From IMG/VR virus record IMGVR_UViG_3300005758_001789, positions 1 to 46,716 of that record: DNA of 46,716 nucleotides; one strand, given 5' to 3'. Shown here piece after piece: positions 10,491 through 18,683 of the stretch (positions within the stretch are counted from its first letter, which is position 1; each line of letters begins with the position of its first letter). This DNA comes from a virus (Duplodnaviria; Caudoviricetes). The translations under genes were made by a program, and so were the position numbers. The notes under the pieces are model-generated. The model did not search any database. It was not told the origin of the DNA and saw only the letters and a program-made list of their open reading frames with translations.

Positions 10491-10751
10491 ATGAAAAAAA
10501 GACATCTAAGTGTGATTGCGAATGAAACATGCTTTTCAACATATGAAAAGTCAAATTTCTCTTGTGGGAAAAAATCTTGTCAAAATTGGATAAATTATGA
10601 AGAAGGAAAAAACTGTGTGATAATAACTTCGAAGTCAGGTCCAAAGACCTTACAAGAAGTTGGTAAGATCTACGGCCTGACTCGAATGAGAATATGCCAA
10701 ATAGAAAAAAATATCTATGAAAAAATCAAATTGGTTATTGAGAATTACTAG
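10491..10751 (+). CDS. small sigma70 region 4 (HTH) protein with Cys-rich N-terminus
   Basis: PKTLQEVGKIYGLTRMRICQIEKNIYEKIK matches sigma70 region 4.2 (TLEEVG..F.VTRERIRQIE..AL.KL); four Cys in the N-terminal half. Confidence 0.8.
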   Translation: MKKRHLSVIANETCFSTYEKSNFSCGKKSCQNWINYEEGKNCVIITSKSGPKTLQEVGKIYGLTRMRICQIEKNIYEKIKLVIENY

Positions 10752-11005
10752 TTTGATTTTTTTGTAGATTTTTTGCTTTTCTTTTCAACATTATTTGTTT
10801 GTGCAAAAATAATTGGTTCTTGTTCTTGCACTACAGATGTTTGTTGGTCGACATCATTTTTTTCATCTTTTGCCTCTAATTGAGAATCTTTTTCTGGTGG
10901 CAAATTAGATGTCAACCTTCCATCTGGTCCTACTACATGAGGCAGCTTAGGATCTAATCCTTTGTCAGATATGTCAATAAGTCTTGCTTTATTAAAAGAT
11001 CTCAT
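10748..11005 (-). CDS. hypothetical protein with basic C-terminal tail
   Basis: 85 aa ORF filling the gap; stop codon overlaps the convergent gene at CTAG 10748-10751. Confidence 0.5.
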   Translation of the reverse strand: MRSFNKARLIDISDKGLDPKLPHVVGPDGRLTSNLPPEKDSQLEAKDEKNDVDQQTSVVQEQEPIIFAQTNNVEKKSKKSTKKSN

Positions 11006-11017
11006 ATAATTTATGAC

Positions 11018-11227
11018 TCACTTTGTTTCTGAAGATTCTTTTGCTTTCTTTTCAAGCTCAATTGTCAACTTTACAAGTTCTTTTGATTTACCTTGAAGAG
11101 CCCTTAATCCTTTTCTGGCTCTAACACCTGCTGATGCAACACCTCTCGCGTTTTTTGCAACATCTAATTCTAAAGCCTCAACTAATTGCTTTAACTCTTC
11201 CCACTTAACCAAAACATCATTGTTCAT
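11018..11227 (-). CDS. histone H1-like nucleoid protein, Hc1 family
   Basis: ELKQLVEALELDVAKNARGVASAGVRARKGLRALQGKSKEL resembles the Hc1 signature (D..K...GN.AAG.R.R); start moved to ATG 11227, which has GGAGG at 11239-11243. Confidence 0.75.
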   Translation of the reverse strand: MNNDVLVKWEELKQLVEALELDVAKNARGVASAGVRARKGLRALQGKSKELVKLTIELEKKAKESSETK

Positions 11228-11255
11228 TTTAATGAATTCCTCCAAAATAAAATAT

Positions 11256-11293
11256 AAGTCTTTTTAAGACTTGGTAAAATCATGTTTTACCAA
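11256..11293. repeat. two adjacent inverted repeats
   Basis: AAGTCTT-ttt-AAGACTT (11256-11272) and TTGGTAAAA-tcatg-TTTTACCAA (11271-11293), between the helicase stop and the Hc1 start. Confidence 0.7.
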
Positions 11294-12920
11294 ACTCAAC
11301 TGGGAACATTTTACTATTGTTGTAATAAAATCTTTCCCAATCACTGTCAAGTATATATGATTCAGCGTGATCTAGTTCATTTCTAATTGATCTACCTAGA
11401 GCTTGAATAACAGACTTAGCTGTCATATATGGATACCAAAATTTATTTTTCTCCATTCTTTTCTTTACAACTAAATCTCCCAAATAAGGAAAAGGTACTT
11501 TACATATAATCTGAAATCTGCTAAGTTCGTCATGAAGATCCACACCTTCCATCATAGATGGTGAAAGAAGAATAGTAGGATATTCACTTTTAATATGTTG
11601 TTTTAGTACTTCTTCTCTATTAGAAGAATCATGCAGCATCAATCTTTCAGATGGAACATTATCTTTAATGTATTTTGCTACTTTAAAATTAACACAATGA
11701 ATAATACCTTTGTCAGAAGCATGTTTTTCAAGCAACAACTTGATTATTTCAGCCATCTTAGGTAAAGTTAATTCAATATTATTTTTAGACATTGAACCAA
11801 CTGGCATATAGTGTATAGGCCTGTTTTTAATTGGAAATGGCGAAGGTATTGAAAGATAAGCAACTTCTTTTGGATCCAATCCTAGAGATTGGCAAAATAT
11901 ATCTTTATCTACAATTGTAGCCGACATCAACAAAACCCTTCCTCCTAATCTAAAAAATATAGATTGAGAATAAGGTGATACATCGATGGACTTAAATTCA
12001 TATTTTTTGCCTGCTTTTTTTGATTCAAGAGGATAAACAGTATTCATGATCCAATTTTCAGGATTATAGACATCCATAAATTGATCAAGCTTACCAAGAT
12101 GCTTTTCTAACATCTCATATTGTTTAGAGATTGCTCCATATCCATCTATGTCTCCACTAATTTTTAGTAGTGATTTTTCTATGTTAGATGCATGCTTTTT
12201 TGCAGCTTTTCTATAAACATTTTTTACCCAATCAAAAACAGCTTCTTGCGTTTCATTTTTTGGAGATTTACATTTAAGTACTTCTTTTGAAAACTTTTCA
12301 GAAAAAGTCAATTCAACAAACTTACCAAGTTCTTGCTCGGTATTGTGTGCTTCATCAACTACCAACATTGCACGAGGTTCTAGCTTACCAGAGTATGTTG
12401 ATTCAGCTAAGATATAGGGGAAATTAGTAACAGATATAGAAGAATCAATAAACTCTTGCTTTTCAGAAGAATATTTGCATTCTTGCTTGCAATGCTTTTG
12501 AAAGTCTGTTCCATTCAATTGTTTGCCAAGTTTACTTAATATTCTTTTCGATTCAGCACATGATTGATCTGTGTAAAAAGAGCATGTGTAGTTATTTGAT
12601 GATTTAATAGATCTTATTAGATTTTTACCGCATTGAGGTCCAAAATCTCTTAGATATTGATCTTGCAAAATCTTTTGTGTCGTAACAACATAAGCACCAG
12701 TAAGAGGTTCTCCATCGGCATTTTTTAATGTCGAACCATGAACCTCCATGTATCTGGCTATTGTTATGCCTGTCGCTGATTTCCCTACTCCTGTGCCTAG
12801 CTCCAGCACTACATACTTTTTACCATTTTCATAAGCATCTAAAGCGAATTCAATTGCTGCCCTTTGTTCTTTTCTGATATTAGAAAATGGAAAAAAGGAC
12901 ATGTAATCATGCTTAGGCAT
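11280..12920 (-). CDS. DinG/XPD(Rad3)-family SF2 DNA helicase
   Basis: Q motif RKEQ, Walker A LGTGVGKS, DEAH box, MSAT, EGVD, KVPFP, QALGRSIR; four Cys (C-x7-C...C-x3-C) where the Fe-S cluster is expected. Confidence 0.88.
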   Translation of the reverse strand: MPKHDYMSFFPFSNIRKEQRAAIEFALDAYENGKKYVVLELGTGVGKSATGITIARYMEVHGSTLKNADGEPLTGAYVVTTQKILQDQYLRDFGPQCGKNLIRSIKSSNNYTCSFYTDQSCAESKRILSKLGKQLNGTDFQKHCKQECKYSSEKQEFIDSSISVTNFPYILAESTYSGKLEPRAMLVVDEAHNTEQELGKFVELTFSEKFSKEVLKCKSPKNETQEAVFDWVKNVYRKAAKKHASNIEKSLLKISGDIDGYGAISKQYEMLEKHLGKLDQFMDVYNPENWIMNTVYPLESKKAGKKYEFKSIDVSPYSQSIFFRLGGRVLLMSATIVDKDIFCQSLGLDPKEVAYLSIPSPFPIKNRPIHYMPVGSMSKNNIELTLPKMAEIIKLLLEKHASDKGIIHCVNFKVAKYIKDNVPSERLMLHDSSNREEVLKQHIKSEYPTILLSPSMMEGVDLHDELSRFQIICKVPFPYLGDLVVKKRMEKNKFWYPYMTAKSVIQALGRSIRNELDHAESYILDSDWERFYYNNSKMFPVEFGKT

Positions 12921-12932
12921 AAATTTATGTTT

Positions 12933-12952
12933 AACATCCTTCGTGGGATGTT
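12933..12952. repeat. intergenic hairpin between clpP and the helicase
   Basis: AACATCC-ttcgtg-GGATGTT; no U-tract on the minus (coding) strand. Confidence 0.55.
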
Positions 12953-12963
12953 TTCATGCAGAA

Positions 12964-13560
12964 TTAATCACCAATAATTTTATCAACAATTCCCATTTTA
13001 ATTGCTTCTTCAGGAGTCAAAAAGCAATCGTGACCTGCTTTCATAAGGTTGTCTATTTCTTCTTTTTTCAATCTGGTTTCAGAAAGCAATGCATTGGTCA
13101 TCAGATCTTGAAGCCTAGTGAATTCTTTAATTTCATTCATAGCTTCAAAAACATTTCCAATTACTCCTCCTGAAATAGGATGAATCATGATCCTTGCTGA
13201 TTTACCGATCATTCTCTTGCCTTTAACACCTGAAGCAAGAAGAAGAACACCGGCTGACATGACTTTACCTAAGGCAATTGTATGAACTGGGCATGGCAGG
13301 AATTTAATAGTATCGTATAAAGAGAACATTTCATCTACTGATCCACCATATGTTGAAATAACAAGATGGATTGGTTTGTGATTTTGATTAGCCAATTGAA
13401 GCATTTGAACTATTACATTGCAAATAGAAGCTTCATTTACTTCTCCATGAAGAACGACTAATCTTGCATCAGGTCCACTCGGAACATGAGTGGTGTATAC
13501 AACTTCTTCCAAGTTATTTGTTTTGTTTTTTTCGTATTTGGCACTAACTGATCTTCCCAT
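12964..13560 (-). CDS. clpP: ClpP-family serine protease
   Basis: ISTYGGSV, catalytic Ser in VMSAG, His in RIMIHP, Asp in HDCFLTPEEAIKMGIVDKII. Confidence 0.9.
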   Translation of the reverse strand: MGRSVSAKYEKNKTNNLEEVVYTTHVPSGPDARLVVLHGEVNEASICNVIVQMLQLANQNHKPIHLVISTYGGSVDEMFSLYDTIKFLPCPVHTIALGKVMSAGVLLLASGVKGKRMIGKSARIMIHPISGGVIGNVFEAMNEIKEFTRLQDLMTNALLSETRLKKEEIDNLMKAGHDCFLTPEEAIKMGIVDKIIGD

Positions 13561-13796
13561 TAGATTTTCCCTTCGTAAATTTTAGACATGCTTATGTCTG
13601 GATTAACTTCTTTTAAGAAAGCACAAACTTCCTGCACTTTTTCTATATCTTCTAATTCTAAAGCGAGATAGTAAATTATCAACCATCTTTGCCTATCTGT
13701 CACACCATAGTTAGATATCTCAGCGACAATCTGTCTAGCTATGGTACTTTCTTCTGCCAATTTATCAGCTGTTGTTTGTCCAAAAGTTGTTGTCAT
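13560..13796 (-). CDS. hypothetical protein
   Basis: 78 aa ORF overlapping both neighbours (ATGA, TAATG). Confidence 0.65.
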   Translation of the reverse strand: MTTTFGQTTADKLAEESTIARQIVAEISNYGVTDRQRWLIIYYLALELEDIEKVQEVCAFLKEVNPDISMSKIYEGKI

Positions 13797-14263
13797 GGTA
13801 ATACGCCTGTTGACCTCATGAAAGATTCTACTTTAAAAAGAGTTTCTCCCAAAATTCTAATATATTTTCCGTGAATTTCATCACCTTCAACGTCAGTCGA
13901 CAATACTACAATTTCACCCCATCTTTTATTTTCTAGAACAAACTGTACTGCTTCCCATGTGGCAATATCAACATTGTTGCTTTCTAATATGCTAACAACA
14001 TTCGTGTGTAAAGATGATTTAATATCCTCCACAGTTATTAATGATTTAATGTATTCTTTTCCAATCAGAATATCAGATTTGCATATATCTGTTACTTTGT
14101 GTAAAGTTCCACAATTGTTGCATTGAGAATACTTTGGAATACAAATTCCATCATCATTTATGATAGAAAAAACTATAAATTGATGGGTGGGTGGGTCTTG
14201 TTGAGATTTAAACTGGGGAAGAACACAACGACACTTAATTAAATGCTTTTGTCCTATAGGCAT
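13793..14263 (-). CDS. hypothetical protein, possible Zn-binding
   Basis: 156 aa; CRC, CNNC and H..TDIC motifs; coupled to both neighbours. Confidence 0.6.
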   Translation of the reverse strand: MPIGQKHLIKCRCVLPQFKSQQDPPTHQFIVFSIINDDGICIPKYSQCNNCGTLHKVTDICKSDILIGKEYIKSLITVEDIKSSLHTNVVSILESNNVDIATWEAVQFVLENKRWGEIVVLSTDVEGDEIHGKYIRILGETLFKVESFMRSTGVLP

Positions 14264-15402
14264 TATTCAATTATACATCCTATATCTTTTAAAGAAGAAA
14301 ATAATTTTTCTTTTAATAAGTTAGCTGTTTGATAAGAAGAGAATGGATATAAATTTCCATCAATTCTAATAACCCCATGATCGATAGCTGATTTAATTGA
14401 TCTGATTCTCCTGTCTAAAGAAAAAGAACGAGAAGCAAATTCATTTTCGTCAGGCAAAGATAACACCACTTGCACAGTACCTAGTCTTTGTATTCTTTTA
14501 GATAAAACATCACCAGATATGCTATGAGATGTGTGTATCTTTTGCTGTAAAAAAGAAATATGTTTATTTACACGACTATAAGAATTTTTGTTTGTTATCA
14601 ATATTTTGTCTTGATAAATTTTTACGTTTTCTACTCTGTTTGAATTACTAATTTCTATACTGCTTATAAGTTGGCCTTTATTAGAAGACACAACATCATT
14701 GTTACATATGATTGCAATATCATTTATAACATTAGCGCCTTCTAAATCAAAAGGAACAACTATAGGAATTACAGATAAAGTTTTTCTATCGTAATTTACT
14801 TTTAACGTATGGTTGACTTCATCAGATAATCCTCTAACAAATAAAAAAACATTATCTTTTGTTGAAGCCGCTTGTTCTAACAACTTGTGTATTTCTGATA
14901 CATTTTCTATGTATCCATCAATGCATATTAATTTGCAATCTAAATATTCTTTAGATGAAAGCTTAAATGCCGAACTTAAATTATCAAATACGTAACTATT
15001 CGTTAATTCAATAAAATTTTTACCAACTGTATTTTTCTTAATAATAATTTTACCATATAAACCTGCAAGATTTATTGCATCGGTAAGCATATCGCAGTCG
15101 TTACCTTTCAACATCTCAGCAAAATGTTGATGATTAAAAACATGAGGAGTAGATTTGTCTACCTCTTTTTCAAATAAGGTAACAATAATATCACCGGCAT
15201 AAGGTGATATTAATTCTGCTTTATTTATAAATGAAAAAAACATGTCGAATATGCAAATAGAAGAACGACATGCTAAAGAATTCCTAAAAAGAACTAAATT
15301 TTGAAGAGGTGATTTATTAAATTTAAAATGATTACAAATACTTCTTTTGATATAATCAACTTTTAGATCAATATCATCTTTAAGATGAAAAGATGTATGC
15401 AC
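14263..15402 (-). CDS. degenerate/truncated GroEL-like chaperonin (apical and intermediate domains recognisable)
   Basis: LTDAINLAGLYGKIII, LICIDGYIENVSEIHKLLEQA, LSDEVNHTLKVN, INDIAIICNNDVVS, LSKRIQRLG, IKSAIDHGVI are colinear with GroEL [81 protein letters not shown]; 379 aa; GTG start. Confidence 0.75.
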   Translation of the reverse strand: MHTSFHLKDDIDLKVDYIKRSICNHFKFNKSPLQNLVLFRNSLACRSSICIFDMFFSFINKAELISPYAGDIIVTLFEKEVDKSTPHVFNHQHFAEMLKGNDCDMLTDAINLAGLYGKIIIKKNTVGKNFIELTNSYVFDNLSSAFKLSSKEYLDCKLICIDGYIENVSEIHKLLEQAASTKDNVFLFVRGLSDEVNHTLKVNYDRKTLSVIPIVVPFDLEGANVINDIAIICNNDVVSSNKGQLISSIEISNSNRVENVKIYQDKILITNKNSYSRVNKHISFLQQKIHTSHSISGDVLSKRIQRLGTVQVVLSLPDENEFASRSFSLDRRIRSIKSAIDHGVIRIDGNLYPFSSYQTANLLKEKLFSSLKDIGCIIE

Positions 15403-15408
15403 ATGTGA

Positions 15409-15437
15409 ATTATAGATATTTTATGAAAGAAGTACAA
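15409..15437 (-). promoter_or_regulatory. sigma70-type promoter TTGTAC-N17-TATAAT, probably giving a leaderless mRNA
   Basis: -35 at 15437-15432, -10 at 15414-15409, 6 nt gap to the GTG at 15402. Confidence 0.65.
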
Positions 15438-15438
15438 C

Positions 15439-15972
15439 TTACTTTAATATCACATAGGTATAAAACACCTTGAAAAGAAGTGTAATTACACCGCCTCCAA
15501 CCGCTGCTAAGGCCCATTTTGCCAAACCTAAAGTTGAAGTTTTGAATTGCAACAAGTTATCTACTGAATTTTCAATATTTACAATCTTATTTCCAAACTT
15601 TTCTACTTCAGCTTCAGTTTGGTCATTTTCTTTTTCTTTTTGTTCTTTCCAAGTAGAAATTTCTACTACCTTTTTTTCAATATCGTTGATAGCGTTATGT
15701 TGCTCATTTTTGCTTGATGATATCCTGGCAAACAATCCTTCATCCGGATTGTAAATTGCTTCATGTATCTTGTCAACTTTAGTCGCTATAGCATTTTGGC
15801 TATTTTCTATTGAATCTATCTTGTATAACAATCTATCAAATCCACCATTTAATGCGGCACTTCTGTCTAACTTTTGTTGGATATTGTGAAGCATTCTTTG
15901 AGAAACGACAGGATCATCTTCAAGATCTTCTTCAACTATTTTAGGTTGGTAGCGAACATTTTTCTTGTTCAT
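15439..15972 (-). CDS. coiled-coil protein with one C-terminal transmembrane helix (holin/XhlA-like architecture)
   Basis: heptad-rich body, then GLAKWALAAVGGGVITLLFKVFYTYVIL. Confidence 0.5.
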   Translation of the reverse strand: MNKKNVRYQPKIVEEDLEDDPVVSQRMLHNIQQKLDRSAALNGGFDRLLYKIDSIENSQNAIATKVDKIHEAIYNPDEGLFARISSSKNEQHNAINDIEKKVVEISTWKEQKEKENDQTEAEVEKFGNKIVNIENSVDNLLQFKTSTLGLAKWALAAVGGGVITLLFKVFYTYVILK

Positions 15973-16038
15973 TTTACCTTTTTAAATATAACCTTAATTT
16001 AACATTAATCAAATTTAACTTTTAAAACTTAAATTAAA

Positions 16039-17964
16039 ATGACTAACTTTAATATAACAAATCAGGTAGTTGAAAAATCTAAAGTATCTTTATCTAAAGA
16101 AGATAAAATTATTTTTGTTGCTGATCTATTTGCAGAAGAATATGCAGGAGGAGCTGAATTAACGTCAGAAGCGTTAATAGAATCAAGCCCACATAAGGTT
16201 CTAAAAGTGCATTCTAGAGATGTTTCTTTAGAACTTCTTAAAGAGGGCGTTGATAAATTTTGGATATTTGGCAACTTTGCAGGATTAAACCCACAATTGA
16301 TCCCCAGCATCATCGCTAATATCAAATATACTGTCCTAGAGTACGATTACAAATTTTGTAAATTTAGATCGCCAGAGAAACATTTTTCTACCACAGGAAC
16401 TCCTTGTGATTGTCACAATCAAATGAATGGAAAGCTAATATCAGCTTTTTACTACGGCGCTACAGGAATGTGGTGGATGTCCGAAGGACAACTTTCTAAG
16501 TACACTGCGTTGTTCCCATTTTTATCTGAAAAATCAAATATAGTTTTGTCTAGCGTATTTTCAAAAGAAACACTAGCCAAGGTTAAAGTTCTAAGAAACA
16601 ACATTCCAGTTGACGATAAGAAAGGTTGGATAGTATTAGGTTCAGATTCTTGGGTCAAAGGAGCGGATGATGCCAAACAATGGTGTGAAGATAACAAAAA
16701 GTCATATGAAGTTGTTTGGGGCTTAAAGTATGAAGAACTTTTGGCAAAACTTGCTAGTTCAGAAGGTTTTGTTTATTTGCCAAGAGGATATGACACATGT
16801 CCAAGAATGGTTATAGAAGCTAAGCTTTTAGGATGCAAGCTTCATATTAATGACAACGTTCAGCATGCAAAAGAAGAATGGTTCAATACAGATAATGTTG
16901 AAGAGATTGAAGAATACCTTTACGGAGCTTCAACTCTTTTTTGGAATGGAATTACTTCTATGATGGAATACAAACCAAAGATTAGCGGTTATACAACTGT
17001 TTATAATGCAGCTTCGCAAAAGTATCCATTCATTCAAACCATTGAATCTATGCTTGATTTTTGTGATGAAGTGTGTGTTGTTGATGGAGGTTCTACTGAT
17101 GGTACGTGGGATATTGTCCAAGGAATGGCAGCAGTTCATCAAAAACTAAAAATAAAACAAGTAACCAGAGATTGGAATCATCCTAGGTTTGCTGCTTACG
17201 ATGGCATGCAAAAAGCAGAAGCCCGCTCCATGTGCACAGGAGATTTTTGTTGGCAAATGGATTGTGATGAAGTTGTTCATGAAGATGACGTTCAAAAAAT
17301 ATTTGACATCTGCAGGAAATTTCCTGTAGGAGTTGATATCATTTCTCTTCCTGTCGTCGAGTATTGGGGTGGACCTGAAAAAGTTCGTGCAGATATTATG
17401 CCATGGAAGTGGCGATTGAGTCGTAATAAAGCCAACATCACGCATGGAATTCCAAAAGATGCAAGAAGAATCGATGAAAATGGTGAAGTTTATGCGGCTT
17501 ACGGAGATGGATGCGACATGATTGATTCAAGTACATTTGAAAGAATACCTCATGTTACTTTCTACAATCAAGAAGTTGATAATGTTAGAAAGAGAGCCGT
17601 GACAGGTGATAAAACTGCGTTGCAAATATACCAAAACTGGTTTGAAAACGTTATTGAAAATCTTCCCGGGGTTTTTCACTATAGTTGGTTTGATTTAGAA
17701 AGAAAAATTCATCTTTATAAAAACTATTGGACAAAGCATTGGGAAAGTCTTTCAGGAAAAAAGTATGAAGATACGGCAGAATCTAACATGTTTTTCGATT
17801 TGCCTTGGTCGCAAGTATCTGATGAAATGATTAAAGATAAAGCTGTCGAACTAAAAGAAAAACTTGGTGGTTGGATATGGCACCAAAAATGGGATGGTAA
17901 AACACTAACATCACATATCAGTATTAAAAAACAACAACCAAAGAGGATGACAACAACACAATGA
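16039..17964 (+). CDS. two-domain glycosyltransferase (GT4-like N-terminal + GT2 C-terminal)
   Basis: AGGAELT and FVYLPRGYDTCPRMVIEAKLLGC (GT-B, GT4-like); EVCVVDGGSTDGT and WQMDCDE (GT2 DxD). Confidence 0.8.
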   Translation: MTNFNITNQVVEKSKVSLSKEDKIIFVADLFAEEYAGGAELTSEALIESSPHKVLKVHSRDVSLELLKEGVDKFWIFGNFAGLNPQLIPSIIANIKYTVLEYDYKFCKFRSPEKHFSTTGTPCDCHNQMNGKLISAFYYGATGMWWMSEGQLSKYTALFPFLSEKSNIVLSSVFSKETLAKVKVLRNNIPVDDKKGWIVLGSDSWVKGADDAKQWCEDNKKSYEVVWGLKYEELLAKLASSEGFVYLPRGYDTCPRMVIEAKLLGCKLHINDNVQHAKEEWFNTDNVEEIEEYLYGASTLFWNGITSMMEYKPKISGYTTVYNAASQKYPFIQTIESMLDFCDEVCVVDGGSTDGTWDIVQGMAAVHQKLKIKQVTRDWNHPRFAAYDGMQKAEARSMCTGDFCWQMDCDEVVHEDDVQKIFDICRKFPVGVDIISLPVVEYWGGPEKVRADIMPWKWRLSRNKANITHGIPKDARRIDENGEVYAAYGDGCDMIDSSTFERIPHVTFYNQEVDNVRKRAVTGDKTALQIYQNWFENVIENLPGVFHYSWFDLERKIHLYKNYWTKHWESLSGKKYEDTAESNMFFDLPWSQVSDEMIKDKAVELKEKLGGWIWHQKWDGKTLTSHISIKKQQPKRMTTTQ

Positions 17965-18683
17965 AAGGTGTTATTCTGGCGGGAGGAACAGGAAGTAGAC
18001 TTTATCCTATTACAAAAGTCACGAACAAGTGCCTTCTTCCCGTTGGAAAAGAACCTATGATTTTTAGAATGCTTGATATCTTTAAAAGATCAAATATTGA
18101 AGATATTATGCTAGTCACAGGTCCTGAACACATGGGTGATGTTATTTCTTTATTAGGCTCAGGTGCAGAACACAGTTGTTCAATAACATATCGTGTTCAA
18201 GATGAAGCAAATGGCATTGCTGCAGCATTAAAAATGTGTTCATCTTTTGCTAAAAGTGAAAAGTTTGCTGTTATTCTTGGTGATAACATATTTTCTGACA
18301 ATGATGAGATTGCAAAACAAATAAAACTATTTGATATGCTTCTTGAAGATTATCGTTTATTTGCTAAATCTGTTAAAGATCCTCAAAGATTTGGTGTACC
18401 TGTAATATCATCTGAAGGAAAAGTCATAGACATCATAGAAAAACCAGCTATTCCACCTTGTGACAAAGCAATAGTTGGTCTTTATTGTTACACTGATGAA
18501 GTATTTGATGTGATTAACACTTTACAACCCTCTCAAAGAGGTGAATATGAAATCAGCGAATTGAATTCATGGCTTGTAAGGAATAGACATGGATCATTAG
18601 TAGATATTAACTGTGAATGGATTGATGCAGGTACTCACGATTCTTACAAAAAAGCCAATGAAATAATTTGGGGTTGTCAATGA
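17961..18683 (+). CDS. rmlA: glucose-1-phosphate thymidylyltransferase (short form)
   Basis: MKGVILAGGTGSRLYPITK..NKCLLPV, ILGDNIF, RFGV, EKP, RGEYEI, WIDAGT. Confidence 0.9.
   Translation: MKGVILAGGTGSRLYPITKVTNKCLLPVGKEPMIFRMLDIFKRSNIEDIMLVTGPEHMGDVISLLGSGAEHSCSITYRVQDEANGIAAALKMCSSFAKSEKFAVILGDNIFSDNDEIAKQIKLFDMLLEDYRLFAKSVKDPQRFGVPVISSEGKVIDIIEKPAIPPCDKAIVGLYCYTDEVFDVINTLQPSQRGEYEISELNSWLVRNRHGSLVDINCEWIDAGTHDSYKKANEIIWGCQ

Noticed and set aside
12933-12955. Rho-independent terminator
   Set aside because: The short T run is on the plus strand where no gene ends; the coding strand has no U-tract, so it is kept only as a hairpin.
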